From: Selaginella moellendorffii
Taxonomy: Eukaryota > Plantae > Lycopodiophyta
Length of the DNA stretch: 64,000 nucleotides
Assembly: GCF_000143415.4 (NCBI RefSeq)
Contig: NW_003314320.1
Location: 494,586 to 558,585 of the forward strand
Reading direction: 5' to 3'
Notes under the pieces: model-generated
What the model saw: only the letters and a program-made list of their open reading frames with translations
Told to the model about the DNA's origin: nothing
The model's database searches: none
Made by a program: the position numbers and the translations under genes
Part shown: positions 13,301 through 27,180 of the stretch, piece by piece
How the letters are laid out: each line of letters begins with the position of its first letter
How positions within the stretch are numbered: position 1 is the stretch's first letter

Positions 13301-16300
13301 ATGTAGGAGAGGAAATAGCCTTAACGACCGTCTTTCTACTATTCAAGGTTTCCGAAGACGTGCAGCAAAATACGACCAGAGTTCTCATTCGACTTCTTGG
13401 GTCTGAGAAATTTCAACTAGGAGGATTTGCCGCAGAAGCGTTGGGCCATGCTGGTCTGCGTGCTCCACTGGCAGTTCCTCTTGGAGACTTAAGTAAAGAA
13501 GAAGAAGTACAAGAAGGAAACGAAACTTTAGCGACCGTTTTCACTCACTTCAAAAAGCTTCTTCTGTCTCAAGAAGCTAAAGTTGTCCAGAGAACTGTGA
13601 TCGCTATTGGACACCTATGTTTTGGTAATCCTCTACCTGAGCTTCTTGATCTTGCAGTTGAAATGCTCTTCCAGCTAAAGAGGTCTAAGGTTGGTACTTT
13701 TCTTACATCTAGATTTTAGAGTCTCGTGACACTTTGTTTTGTAGGTTGAAGACGTTCTTATTTCAGTGGGCGAAGCGATGGCCTTCATCTGGGGTGTTAT
13801 TCCCGTCGACGTAGATACAATTCTGCGATCAAATTTTGTGTCGTTGTCACACTCGACCAATTTTTTCAGCGACGACCCTGCGTCTGTCGAGGACCGTAGT
13901 GCAAAGGCTGTGGATATTAACGACCAACGCAAAACTTCTAGAGACAAGATTCTCAAGGTGCTGCTTGATGAGCTCATATTTAGTAGCAGAAAGGAGGAGC
14001 GTTGTGCTGGATCCGTCTGGCTACTGTCTCTTGTAATCTACTGTGGACGTCATCTGCAAATCCAGGCTTTGCTTCCAAAAATTCAGGTTTTTCTTTTTTA
14101 TTTACATTTGTGCACCTTTTGTTTACAATGCTTCACGTTTGTAGGAGGCATTTTCTTATTTACTGGGAGAGCAAAACGAGCTTACTCAAGAAATGGCATC
14201 ACGTGGTATGAGTGTTGTTTATGAACTCGGTGACGCTGCTACGCGGGAGGAGCTTGTGAAGGCGCTTGTGGGGACTCTTTCCGGCACAGCAAAGAAGAAA
14301 AGACCAATCAAGGTTCTGTCGTTTATTGACGAGGGCCTTCATTCTTACGTTGTGTTTCTCTTCTTGTAGTTGATGGAGGATACAGAGGTTTTTGCAGAGG
14401 GAAGTATTGGTGAAGCTCCAGGTGGTGGAAATATTAGTACGTACAAAGAGCTTTGCAACCTGGCGAACGAGATGGGGCAACCAGATCTCGTGTACAAGTT
14501 TATGGACCTTGCAAACTATCAGGCTTCGTTAAACTCAAGACGGGGAGCAGCTTTTGGATTCGCAAAAATTGCCAAACGTGCTGGTGATGCCTTGGAGCCG
14601 CATTTGCGTGGACTCGTGCCTAAACTTTTTCGCTATCAACATGATCCGAACAAAAATATTCAGGTACACCCGTAAATATTCTGAAAGTCACTCCTTTTCT
14701 CATATAACTGTAGGATGCAATGGGACACATTTGGAGGTCTCTTGTGGCCGAGCCAAAGAAAACGATCGACATGTTTTATGTCGATATAATGGAAGACCTC
14801 TTAGTGAACGCAGGTTCGAGGTTATGGCGATCTCGAGAAGCAGCATGTGCGGCGTTGGCAGATCTAATACAAGGTCGCAAGTTCCCAGAGGTACGAGGGA
14901 CTAGTGTTTCTGCGTTGTAAGAACTTAATAATTTCTGATCAGGTTGAAAACTATCTGTTGAAAATGTGGACAATGGCTTTCCGAGCGATGGATGACATCA
15001 AAGAAACTGTCAGAAGTGCTGGAGGAATTCTATGCCGGGCTCTCAGCTCATTAACTTTGAGACTTTGTGACACCTCTCTTACAGCTGACTCTGAAGCGCG
15101 TGCAGCAATGGGCATTGTGCTACCTCTTTTACTTTCCAGTGGCATCTCGAGCTCAGTAGCCGAAATACAACTGCTCTCTACCAACTTGGTGATGAAACTT
15201 GTAAAGGTGAGTGATAACTGTTTCTACTGATCGCTGTAAAAACGTTATTTCAGAATGCGGGACGAGCTATAAGGCCTCAGTTGCCTGACCTGGTGATTTG
15301 TATGCTGGAAAGTCTTTCGAGTCTTGAGGACCAGCGCTTAAACTACGCTGAAGTAAGAGTTTTTTTTTTTTCTTTTTTCACGTCCTTCTTCTGGATCTCT
15401 ATGGACGTAGATGCATGCAGAAAGACTGGGCATAAGTACAGATAAACTTGACAGCGCGAGGTTCTCTCTCGCAAAAGACTCTCCAATGTGGGACACGCTG
15501 GACTTTTGCCTGCGTCAGATAGATGAAGAAACTCTTGAATCTCTTGTTCCGCGTTTGGTTCAATTGGTACGGTCCGGCGTGGGGCTAAATACAAGGTATG
15601 CATATTGTTTCCTAAAAGTTGATGTCATCTGTGTTTATCGTGAAAATGCCAGGGCTGGTGTCGCAAGGTTTATTGCTTTATTGTCACAGCAAGTAGGCTC
15701 CGATTTGAGGCAGTATGCCGGACCCATTATGAAGGTTTTGATCCCTACAGTGATATCAGAGAAAAGCACAGCCGCAAAGAAAGCCTTTGCAGCTGCGTGC
15801 GCAGCAGTAATGAAGGTTTCCGGCGATCGTTTGTTGGAGCAACTTATAGCTGATATTGTTGGTTTTTACAAATCCGGAGACAAGGACTCCAGAATTGCCA
15901 GCGGACTTTTGCTTAAGGAGCTCTCTCGTCAAGCCAGTGACGGGCTCAAGCAACAAGCTACACTTGTTCTTCCTGTGGCCTTTATCGGGAGGTTTGTTAT
16001 TTGTGATACTTGTGTTGGATAAGCGTTTATTGTTTTTCAGATTTGACGAAGAGAAGTCAGTGAGATCCGATTTCGAGGAGGTCTGGGAGGAAAATACCAG
16101 TAGCCAGACCGTAGCACTTCAACTGTACATGCTCGAAATTATGCCACTTCTTCTCGATGGCCTTGCAACGTCATCTTGGACTCGAAAGCAGCAGGTACTG
16201 CCTTCATGTAACGCCTACGATAAATCTTGTTGTGCGTTCAGAGTGCAAAAGCTGTTATCAAAGCCGTGGAGGTTACTGGAGAAGCAGCAGAGCCATTCGC

Positions 16301-17482
16301 TCAGCAACTTATGAAGAGTCTTCTCAATGAGCTGCGTGGTCGCACTTGGGAGGTAGTACTAGGTTTCCTTACGTTTATTTCATCTTCGTTCAACAGGGAA
16401 AAGAATGCATTTTTGAGGCGATCTCTGCACTTTGTAAAGGCTGTCCGAAGGTTTTCACAAACATGTCCGAACAAGCGGACTTCATTAGTCCCAGCACAGT
16501 GGTTGAGACTGTAATCGCCTCATTTTCTCGGAAAAAGAGCTCTTTTCGCGCTGCGGGATACTCCTGCTTGGAAAAGGTATCTTTCCTCTTTCTGCACGGA
16601 AAAGCTCACGGTTTTTGTGTCGTCATGCTTCTAGGTTGTAGAGGCTTTTAGTGACTGTGATCTGTTCAAACTGGTTGCTTCAGCTGTTCTCGACGAGCTG
16701 GCCGCTAAGGACACTGCTGACTCGGAGAAATCAGCGGGTATTTTCATATTTTGTTTCTGCTCTCCTGTTTAACGGTGTGTTTCTTACTGTCTCAGATGAA
16801 CCGAGCAAAGGATCAACGCATTTTGAACAAGCTTTTTCTTGCCTCACTGCCAGCCTAAAGTCCAGTGCCGACTCCACCGTACTAGAATACGCGGAGAGAG
16901 TTATCGCGTCTTTGCTAAGAGGCATGAACAGCAGCTCTTGGCAAGGTAAACATTTCGTGGCTTTTTTGTCACCTGTGTAATGTTTTTGTGTTCCAATGCC
17001 TTAGTGAGGCTAGCGGCGCTTCACTCCACTCAAGCCTTCGCAGAGAAGTGTCCTGGGGGAGTTGCGGATGAACAGGTATGTATTGAGCACAAAAGCTTAC
17101 AGTGACCATTTGAAGCATTGCTTTTACTGTTTGCAGTCCCAGGAGAAACTGATTCCACCTATCTTGGACTGCGTATCCAACGTCAAGGTCTCTCAGGTGA
17201 TAAAAATGTGATTTTTTTTTTGGCGTTGTCTTACAAGTTCTGTTTTTTTTCTTTGTTGGTTTCTTCCATTGCCAGGTTCATATCTCGGCTCTGGAGTGCT
17301 TGAAAGCAACGCTGCGAGCAATCCTCTCGGTATCAAGCTTGGGACCCGACACTGCCCGGAAGCTCGAAGCGCGATTGAGAGAGTTCCTCAGCGTCGAGAA
17401 GAACGTCAATGGACGCTCGCTAATCTCCGACATGATTGGCCTTCTCATGGCCAATTCGTCGCAATCCATGCCAGTGGACTGA
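10375..17482 (+). CDS. ECM29: Proteasome adapter ECM29 (HEAT repeat), more than 30 short introns
   Basis: [97 protein letters not shown] motifs. Confidence 0.95.
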
Positions 17483-17584
17483 AAGGATAAAAGTTCGAGA
17501 TTTTACCAGTACGGCCAGGGGTTTTTACCAAGTACGGAGCTCTGTAATATACAAGCGTTATTTAACCCGCCAGTAAGTTGGCAG

Positions 17585-17782
17585 CTATGACATGCATGTC
17601 CATCATAAATGCATTGGCTTAAAACGCATGTGCTGGCGTGCCCCACATGCATGCTCCATGTCTTCACATGCATGGGGCCATTTCTAAAGTAAGTACCCAT
17701 CATCATCATGCATGCCAGGCCATGGTATGACATGACATGACATGACATGGCCACGTAGGCGGCCATAGTGCTTGGCTCATGG
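17585..17782. promoter_or_regulatory. CATG/RY-motif-rich intergenic tract
   Basis: Several CATGCATG octamers and a (CATGA)n run within ~200 bp; function inferred only. Confidence 0.45.
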
Positions 17783-18356
17783 TCCCTTTTATTTTTTTTC
17801 TCTTGTTTGAAGGGAAAATGGCGAGGGAGGAGCGCCGAGAGAGATGAGAGGATTGCGCCGCGGCTATGGCGTGTGAGTAGCAAGGGCAGCGCGGCGCGGC
17901 ACAATCTTTGCTCTCCTCTCCTTTTTCTCGAGCGGGCGAGCGGCATCGCGCGCCAGCGCCTTTGTGTGACGAGAGGAAAGAATCCAGTGCTCGATCGGCC
18001 AGCGGCGCGGCACAGCAGAGGCACAGCGGCGCAGCGAAGCGATTTGGCGTGATTTCGGTGCTAGGTCTTGGGATTTCTTCCTCGTCCCCTCGGATCGGCC
18101 AGGATTGGCGTTCGCATTGTGGATTTTAGGGCTTGCGCAGGGCCGGGGCTGATGCTGCTAGCTCCATGAGTCGCGGGAATCATATGCTACTGCTGCTGCC
18201 CACGCTAGGTTCGCTCTCCATGCGCATGTGTGCGTGAATTCGCCGAGCACACCAAATGCGAGCGCTCGAGGTCACAGGTTAGCTTCACCGGAGCTTTTTT
18301 GCTCTACTTGTTCTTCGAGGAGGTTTGAGGCGGTGGAAAAGAGGCATGGATTCCCA

Positions 18357-20765
18357 ATGAAGATGGCCTCGGCGATGCAAATGCCAATCATGGGTCCTTC
18401 CGCGGGGATTAGAACTCCAGTGACAGTAACTCCTTGCGGCCAACCTCTCAACTCCGCCAACCATTCCAACACCACTCCAGCGGGAATTCTCTCCTCCGGT
18501 GGCGTTGGGATGTCCAATCTCACTTTGGGACTTCCACCATCTTCCACTTTGCCGGGAGGAGGTTTCGGGGCTCCGGCAAACGGGCTGGGGGAGACTGGGC
18601 TCATGAGAGTGAAGCTGGCGGACATGCTTCCGGAAGAAGGGGAGCCATCTCCGGTCTATCTCAAGGCAGTGGATGCAGTCTCCACGTCGCTCGCCAGGGC
18701 CAATGCAGTGATTATCGAGCTCAGCTCCGAGGATGCCAAGCTCGTGAGGTGTGCTCTTCAATCGGCCAAGCTCTATCTTAGGAACTGTGTACATACGACC
18801 ACCACCACCCATGCATGGGGCTCCTCGGATTGGAACAAGACTACTGCTTGCCGGGATTCATTCGTCTACAAAGCCGGAAGGTCTGTATAGGACTTCTTCT
18901 TTCGTTGGTCTCATTCTCACGTTTCTCTCTTCTACATATAAGGTCTGAGGAGGCTGATCCTCCGCCTCCTTGCATGCCGGATGTTTTCAGATGCATGGGT
19001 AAGGCATCGCGAGCATCTCTGAGTGTTATTGCTCGCTATCTTCGTCTTCGTGGAGAGTAAGTTGAATAAAAAACTCTGATTGTTTTCAGTGGTTTCTTAC
19101 CTTTCTTATCCAGTGTCTTCTTTCCGCTACTAGACGACTCACCTTTGCCACCAGGCGATGTATCATCTTCCGATCTGACGGCAAGTCTACACCATAGTTC
19201 TCCTGGTGCTTGTGGAAAGGGATCACTGGCAGCGGGCGATAACTTGCAGGAGGTAGAGAAAGGACTTTTGATGCTCATTGCATCCGATGCACCAGGATTG
19301 CTTGTAAGTCTTGGAGCTACGAGTCATGGGATTACGAAATAATATCATTGTTTGGACAGGTGAATGATTCTAATGGACACTGGTACACAGCAGACAGTGC
19401 TCTCTCTCCTGGAGACCTCTTGCTACTTGCTGGAAGAGCTCTTCATCAAGCGACTGCTGGCTTACGTCGTCCTTCGCCTTATAAGATGGGAATGCCAGCG
19501 CTATCGCCGGTTCCTGGAGCAACAAGGTAACGTCTTTATCTTACGGGACCACTGACAAGGTGACCGTATGAAACTGGCAGGACTTCCTTAGCGTTTAGAT
19601 TAATGCCGCGTCACAATGCAACCTTCGACATTGCAGCTGCGTTGAAGAGCGCTGGTCACTGTGTTCCTGAAGGATATGGGGCCATTACCGTGGCGCAGTT
19701 CATGGATGGCTTATCGGCTGCAGAAACGTTGATGGTTAACAGTGGAGATAGTAGCCTGGTACGTGACTAAACTGTGGTGCTTTTCAACTAGGACTTTTGG
19801 TTATGTGCATGCAGGAGGGACATGAAGATAGTTCGCTTAAACTAGCACTTTCCGATCCACTCTCGTATGTATTCATCTGCCTTGCTTTCTCTCGCCTTAT
19901 AGCTGTCCTTCAGGGGTCAATATCTCGAGGATGCCATGCTGAATCCCAAGTGTGGCCATTCATTTGGTTGCGTCACTCTCCAAAGGGCGAGGGAATCGGT
20001 AATGGCCTCGTCAAATTCAAAGTTTGCTTTCGTAATGCGTGACGAGCTACTTTCAGGGCACTTGTCCATCGTGTTCCGCAGCTATCGACAGCCAGCACTT
20101 GATTCCAAACATCGGTAAGGCATTCTAACATCGAGACGTTAAAAACTGGTGTAATGTTATTCTTTGTGTTTCCAGCGCTCAGGGCGGCAGCTGCTGCATT
20201 TAGGCGGGAGGAACAAAACAGAATACAGTCAAGGGCCAAGCGTCGGAAAGAGAATGGACATGGAGAGACGGACGTGAGGCGACGGGTAGGATTATTTCCA
20301 TTTTATCCTTTCAGAATCTCATTGTTCCTAGTCAAGCAGGAAAACATTGGTTCTCCAACCGAGAAAGAGAGCGGGAAAGTCACAAAAGGTGTCCAGTACC
20401 CTTTCAAAGTAAACGAAAGAGTCAAGATCAAGGTGAGATGGTTGTTTGTGTGTCAGAGCTTTTTGCGATATGATATTTGCTGTGCAGGGAAACAAACGGA
20501 CTCCAGAGAAATTCGTTGGTCGAGAAGCGATCATAACCTCGCAATGTCTAAATGGCTGGTAAGCCTCTTCTCGCCTTGTTAGTTAAGATGGATTCTTCCT
20601 CTCTTTTTTTGCAGGTATTTAGTTAGGACTTTGGACAGCAACGAGAGCGTACGCTTGCAATATAGATCACTGCAAGCTAGTGGTGATAACACCATCACGA
20701 CCAACACCACCCCTATTACCACCACCAGCAACGCCAGTACTGAAGAACAGGCTCAACATTCTTGA
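18357..20765 (+). CDS. 2OG-Fe(II)-oxygenase-like + U-box + PUB62/63-type C-terminal (KOW-like) domain protein
   Basis: RVKLADMLP..AVIIEL, EVEKGLLMLIASD, PGDLLLLAGRALHQATAGLR; LSDPLSGQYLEDAMLNPKCGHSFG..CPSC..LIPNIALRAAAAAFRREE; YPFKVNERVKIKGNKRTPEKFVGREAIITSQCLNGWY. Start codon approximate. Confidence 0.8.
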
Positions 20766-22404
20766 TAAGTTTGGGCCAACCTGTAACATTTTAAACTTCA
20801 ACAATTTTGTTCACTCAGATTATGAATATCTTTACCATGACCAGACTTTTAAATAATTAGTTACATGCTTGTGTACTTTAAATACTATAAGATTACTAGG
20901 ATCATTTTGTTTGACCAGAGAGTTTGGGAATGGAACCTTCAATGTTCCAATGCGAAATCTCAGGCGCCCTAAAATACTTATTCATTTGAGCATTTGTGTT
21001 GGCTGAAAATTTTCGTCTGTTCCCATCATTAGTGCCATTTAAATTTGATTGGTTTCACAAACTTTTGAACTTTCCACAGAGTCTTCAAATCAAGCACCAT
21101 TTGATCGTTTGGCCATGGAAGATAGTGAACTCATCATCCAAGCAAAGAAACGTCTTCGTTTTCTTATACGTGGTGAATTCATCCCAGCAAGCCCATTTTA
21201 CCTCCTCTTTTACAAAACCATCAACGCTTTTTACCAGTGATGAGCTCTCCTCTCAACGAGACTAATCCAAAAGTACTATACCAGTACTCCTCCAACCTTT
21301 CCAATTTCCCCTCAAGCACAGATTCACCAGTTTGAGGCTTATAAATCTAAGGACCATTTTCCCTTATGATGTGTTCAAAATCAGTCCATGCAATCCCATA
21401 ATATCTTCTATACATTAGAACCCCAACCTCTTTCCACTGGTTCTGACCACCCGCTGTATAGGTGTACGCATAAATGGTACCAGTCAAAAAAGATATGCAA
21501 AAACTGCTGCCCGAAGTTCTCAGGTTGAATCCAATCCAATACTGCATACTTCTTGGCAGTGTGGTAGCATCACTGAACTGGATGGTATCAAGGGATTATT
21601 TATCACCAAAGAGACCGTCTTTCCTTCTGTGTAGTACCTACACAACACCTAACCATTTGAGCTGGCCACGGGAATGCTTGATGGCGAAACTGACACTTCA
21701 GGTGGGAGAGAAAAGGTTTTGGGATCGTAGAGCTTGCCACTTTTAGGATTGACGCGCTTTCCACTTTAAGAAACAAGATAGAAGCATTACACCTTTGTCT
21801 TCCTCGCACCTAAACCACTTTAAAAATATTCTTTAGTTATTCAGGTGAATTTGTTGGTCAGGAGAATTGCTCGAGATGGTTCACACATTCTAAAAACTGC
21901 TACTTTATTTAAATAATTGTGCAAGCGATCCAGCGCTTCTTCAGCAACCAACAAGGTGTTGGAATCCTCTCCCCGACTTGGTCCTAACCGAAAAACCCAC
22001 TTACTAGCGCTTAGCTCTAGCTCTGAGTGGATAATGACCGTGAAGGTGATATCATTTTCTAAAAGCTAATATTATTCCTGTGGCAATATTCTTTTAAACT
22101 TGTTTATACCGATGCATATTCTAGATTAATCTTGTGTTTATAAATTATAAAGATGTTTATAATTTATAAACTTTCTTAAACAACTGGAATGTCTAATATT
22201 GGTAAGCTTTTCTTGAATCTTCCAAAGTATTTATATTGAGGACATCCTTGTATTGAGTGTAAAACTCTTCATTGTTCTTTTTCTTTCCTTTTCTAACTGT
22301 GGATTCTCTAATCAAGCCATTTCTGGGGATGATTAAAGTGTCCAAGAGCAATATAAGAAGTAATCAAGAACCTTACCAAATATTCTATTTTCTTTCATAA
22401 CAAG

Positions 22405-22950
22405 TGAGGTGCTATCTTTGTGTTTCCAGCGCTTAGGGTGGCGTGGCAGGGCAGCGGCTGCATTTAGATGAGAGGAACAAAACAGAATACAATCAAGATA
22501 CATCAGAAAGAGAATGGATATGATGGCAGTGAGACAACGGGTAGAATTATTTCCATTATCTTTCCACAATTTCATTGTTCCTAGTGAAGCAAGAAAACAT
22601 TGGTTCTCCAACCGAGAAAGAGAGCGGGAAAGTAATGAACGGTGTCCAGTACCCTTTCAAAGTAAATGAAAGAGTCAAGATCAAGGTGAGACGGCTGTTT
22701 GTGTGTCAAAATGCTATAATCTTTGCTATGTAAGGAAACAAATGAACTCCAGAGAAAAGTTTGTTTGTAACAAGATGGATTCTTCCTTGCTTTTTCAAGT
22801 ACTTAACTAGGACTTTGGACAGTAAACAAAAGCGTATCTTGCCACTACAAGAATAATATCACCACCAACACCACCACTATTAGCATAACACCTGTACTGA
22901 AGAACAGGCTCAACATTTGAGGATCCTTTCTCTCTAAACTACAGCAATTT
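22405..22950 (+). pseudogene. Partial duplicate of the 3' exons and introns of the U-box gene
   Basis: Colinear with 20155-20810 (e.g. GAAAACATTGGTTCTCCAACCGAGAAAGAGAGCGGGAAAGT), with indels and one exon partly deleted. Confidence 0.88.
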
Positions 22951-23409
22951 TGTTCACCTTAAATAAACTAAAACATTTAGCATATGTTTACAAAAAAAAT
23001 TTATATTATATCTTACCACTAAAATAACTACTATTTAGCTAATTTAATTGCATGCCTTGAAATTAATATTCACCATTCAAAGCGTATTGGTTTTCACCAT
23101 ACTTTTAATTTATTAGATCTTGATAGAAAAACAGCTTAACTAAAAAGGTACCATTCAATTACATCATATCCTATGTATTCATAAGTTTCTTCTTTATATA
23201 CTATAAAGCTAGCTGTTGTTTTACTCTTAGTGTTATAAATATCACACCAGAACTCAGTTTGTCCAATTTAATTATCATTAGATTTGAACCACATTTTATA
23301 TCTGCTTTTTCAAAATTATAGTGCCTAAAATCATCATCTTTTTGCTTATTAATTTTATTATAAAACATTTCTTGACAAATACAAATTTGTAAAATAAGAA
23401 ATAAGAACC

Positions 23410-23600
23410 AACATTGTGTCATGGACGTCCATGATCACCAAATGGATTCCTGGCGATAGCCACGGATCTCCTCCAAGAGATGCTGCTCCATGGCGTGAGA
23501 CCCGTCAACGAGATCAGGCTTCTCTCCATCTTCAGCCAATCGGTGATGGTCGATGGATCCAGCTACTGCTCCATAACATTGGCTCTGGAGCAGCATGGTA
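23410..23600 (+). pseudogene. PPR gene fragment
   Basis: NIVSWTSMI followed by frameshifted ATDLLQEMLLHGVRP..EI..LSI. Confidence 0.5.
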
Positions 23601-23701
23601 GATCTACTGGGACAGTCGGGCCGAAAGTAAACAAATTAACGATGGCATCATGGTCACGAAACAAAGAATTTTCTTTTCTTAAGCCTACCTTAACTGCTAG
23701 C

Positions 23702-25376
23702 TCATGCTCGAGACTTAACTTTCATCTTCTTACGGGCATCCATTTTCTCTTGGATGCCGCTATCTTCCATTTTCATGATTGCAACTCGTTTTGCTTTGTA
23801 GACCTTGGTAATGTTTTTCAGCACGTCCGATTCACTGACTTCGTATTCCTCCAGCTTCTTCCCGAGAAAGGACTCCACTTCGTGTACCAGCTCAACGTCA
23901 AGCTGCGCAAACCGAGCAATTAAACTCCAGGCGACCAGAAAAGCAAATCCAAACCTCGGTTACAAGAGAGATCGCACGTCCACCACGCCCAGCACGCGCA
24001 GTTCGTCCGACTCTATGGACGTAATCCTTAGTAAACCTGCAAGACATACGAGCTTCAGCGATGAGCAGCGGTCAAGGAGAGAAAAGAACCTCGGAATATC
24101 GTAATTCACGACTAGATCCACGGTTGGAATGTCCAGGCCCCGACTGGCAACATCGGTTGCAATCAGGATTGTTGCCTGCCCAGATTTGAACTGATTCAGA
24201 GCCGCCAATCGCTGGGGCTGCGTCTTCACTGAATGTAGAGCCACAGCAGAGATGCCAAGCTCGTCCAGTATCAAGCTTAGTAAATGGCACGTCCTGCGAG
24301 AGAGAGAAAAAAAAATCCACAAAGTGAAAACCCAATGAAAACCTGATGTTAGAACTTAAACGAATCTTTTTTTTTGCGTACCTGCAGCGGGACACAAAGA
24401 TGATAACCGAGCGTATGTCTCCCAGTTCGAGGTTCTCCAGAAGATACGTGAGATAGACGTTCTTTACCTTCCCCGGCATGAAAATATACCTTTGGTCGAG
24501 AGACTCCACAGTCTTGAGCCCCTCGTATGCCTGGTAGAAGAAGGCCCTGTGGCCAAACAGGTCTCGCAGCGCCTGAAGATCCCCAGTCATAGTGGCGGAG
24601 AAGAGCAGTGTTTGCCGCTGCTTGGAGATGCCATCGAAAATGGTTTGCAGCTCGTCTTGGAACCCGCGATCAAGCAGCAAGTCTGCCTCATCAAGCACCA
24701 AAAACTGGAATGAGAGAAAGAATGAAAGCCGTGAAAGGAGATGAAAAGAAAAAAGTGAGACGAGCTGAGCTCTCACCTTCGTTTTGGAGAAGGCGGCAGC
24801 GATGTCTGGATCACTGCCAAGATGAGCTTTGATCCTTCCCGGCGTCGCAATCACAACGTGAGGCCTTTCCGTCAAAATCTGTGCTTGCGTCGTCATGTCC
24901 ATGCCACCCACAACCACAGCACAGCGCAAATGGACTCCAGCGCCCAGCGCCTTGAACTGATCGGAGATTTGGAAGGCGAGCTCGCGAGTGGGGGTCATGA
25001 CGAGCGCAAAGATCCCGTATGGGTTCTCTCCCAGCCGCTGGAGAATCGGCAGCGCAAATGCGGCCGTCTTGCCACTTCCAGTCTGCGCCATGCCCAAAAC
25101 ATCCTTTCCCTTGAGAATCTGCGGCACACAAGCCCTCTGGACCGGCGTGGGATGGCGCATACCTAGCTCCTTGCAGGCGCCGACGAGCCATTCCGCCACT
25201 CCCAGCTCCTCAAACGATCCAACCCCGCCGCCGCCCTCTGGAGCATCCGATTCCTTGCAAATCTCGGTGGAGCGCGCATTGCCATCATCTGGGCGTTCTG
25301 CTGCTGGCGCCGGATCGTCGCGCTTGCGCTTCTTCTTCTTCAGTGCCGCCCTGGAGAAGAGAAGCGGTCCCTCCAT
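23702..25376 (-). CDS. RH36: DEAD-box RNA helicase, DDX49/Dbp8 type
   Basis: [68 protein letters not shown]; ends [12 protein letters not shown]. Confidence 0.92.
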
Positions 25377-25520
25377 CAAGAACCCTAAATCTTTTTTTTA
25401 AGTGATCAAACACTCCTTTTAAGTTTTAGCTAGATTTCTTTTTGGCTTAATGCAAACTCCATCGAAACAACGTTCATGGCTTATTTGGATTGAAAATTAA
25501 CAAGGTAAAATATCCCCTAC

Positions 25521-26997
25521 TCAAAACACTTTGATTTCTTCCATGGAGACTGCCCTTCCTAGCTCGATGGATTTTTGCGCCGCGACGCCGATGGCCACCG
25601 AGAGGAGTCCATCGTCCAGGCTCACAGCAGGTGGTTTCTTGCCGTGGGACTTTATCGCAGCTAGGAATTCCAGGTGCTCCAAGTAGCTTGAGCCGTGATG
25701 AAGGCCCTCGTATCTGTGTGAGCAGCGAACGGCTGTGAGTGAGCTCAATGCGTACCAAAAAAAATAAAATAAAATTTTTACCTGACTCTGCTGTTGAAGA
25801 CTTTGATGGTTTCTACGTTTTGCCTGCCGCCGCTCCTGCTCCCGATCCGGACAGTGTTGTCGGGAACGAACGCTTCCACCTTGTAGAGGAATGGTTTTCT
25901 TCTTGTAAACTTTGAGGAAAAAGGAAAGCTATAGCGAAAAACTAGTACCTTGCCAGCGTTTCCAGTCACGCAAATCTCTTGCTCGTTCTGGCCGCCTTCG
26001 GCAAACATGCAAAGATCCAGCATGCTCCGTGCGCCACTGCTGTAGTCGACAATCACGTAGGCGTTGTCAATGATATCTGGAACCTGTTCACGGTGTGTCA
26101 GGAAGGGCGGGGCAAAAATGAAGTTTTTCGGTACCTTGCCATCGTAGGCTTCATCCAAGTGATTTACATCTTGACCTCCGGAGGCCATCACGCGAACTGG
26201 CTGGCTTCCTATGATGAGATTCATTAAGTCGAAAAAATGGCAGCATTTCTCTACTAATGTTCCACCCGAGTTTTTGTTGAATCGATTCCAGTCATGAACC
26301 TGTGAGCATAGCGGCACCATTGTTTATCGGCCACATGCAAGTATAAACAGGAACTTGCCTTTACAAGGAACGGAAAACGGTGCTCACGAATTGCCACCAT
26401 TTTGACTGTGCCAACTCTCCCCGATTTAACTTCCTTGATCAGCCTTGCAATCGGTGGCATGTATCTGTATTCCAATCCGACTTGCAGCAAGATATCTGGA
26501 CGACTCTTTGCAGCTTCGAGTACCTAAACAATAGATCGAAGGCAGGAACCAATCAAGCAAAGGAAAACTGATAAGAGACCTCCTTGCAATCCGCCACCGT
26601 TGTACAAAGTGGCTTCTCCACCAAAACGTGATGCGTCCTGTGGTGGCTCAAAATGTCCAAAAGGATCCTCGCGTGCGTCATGTTGGGTGTAGAAACAATC
26701 ACAACATCACAGCCTCCACTGTCGAGTAATGCCTTGTGATCCTCGAACACCTGAACCCGTACTTCTCATGAGAGCAAAAGAGAGAAAGAAAACCATTTTC
26801 ACCTGAAGAGTGTGCCTTCTCTGAATAGAATTCGCAATCTTCACAGCGGCTTGCCTGGACGGCTCGAAAGGATCGGCGATTGCCACAACTTCAGCCCCTT
26901 CCACCACTGCCAAGTTGAGTATATGCTCTCGTCCCATCATCCCGACCCCAAGGATACCATACTTGATCACGCCTGGCGTCTCACACCATGCCGCCAT
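25521..26997 (-). CDS. Gfo/Idh/MocA family oxidoreductase (inositol 2-dehydrogenase-like)
   Basis: KYGILGVGMMGREH, STPNMTH, HVLVEKP, QVGLEYRYMP, GGTLVEKCCHFFDLM, GLHHGSSYLEH. Confidence 0.9.
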
Positions 26998-27180
26998 CTC
27001 GAAAACCTTTCTCCTGACCAGATACAATGAATGTTCTTCCAAGAAAATGGCATATTTTTCTCCCTTATGCTTATCCGCTTATTATAACTTTTTTACTTTG
27101 ATCACCGTTTTGGAAAAAACCTCTGTATATGAGAAAACGCAAGCTGTTACAATGAAACTGAAGCACTCACGTTTACGAGG

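Noticed and set aside
17503-18129. 173-aa minus ORF and overlapping short ORFs
   Set aside because: Arise from CATG repeats and a GC-rich promoter/UTR.
21050-21810. Possible decayed F-box/Kelch-like gene on the minus strand
   Set aside because: Several stops and no diagnostic motif; cannot be supported.
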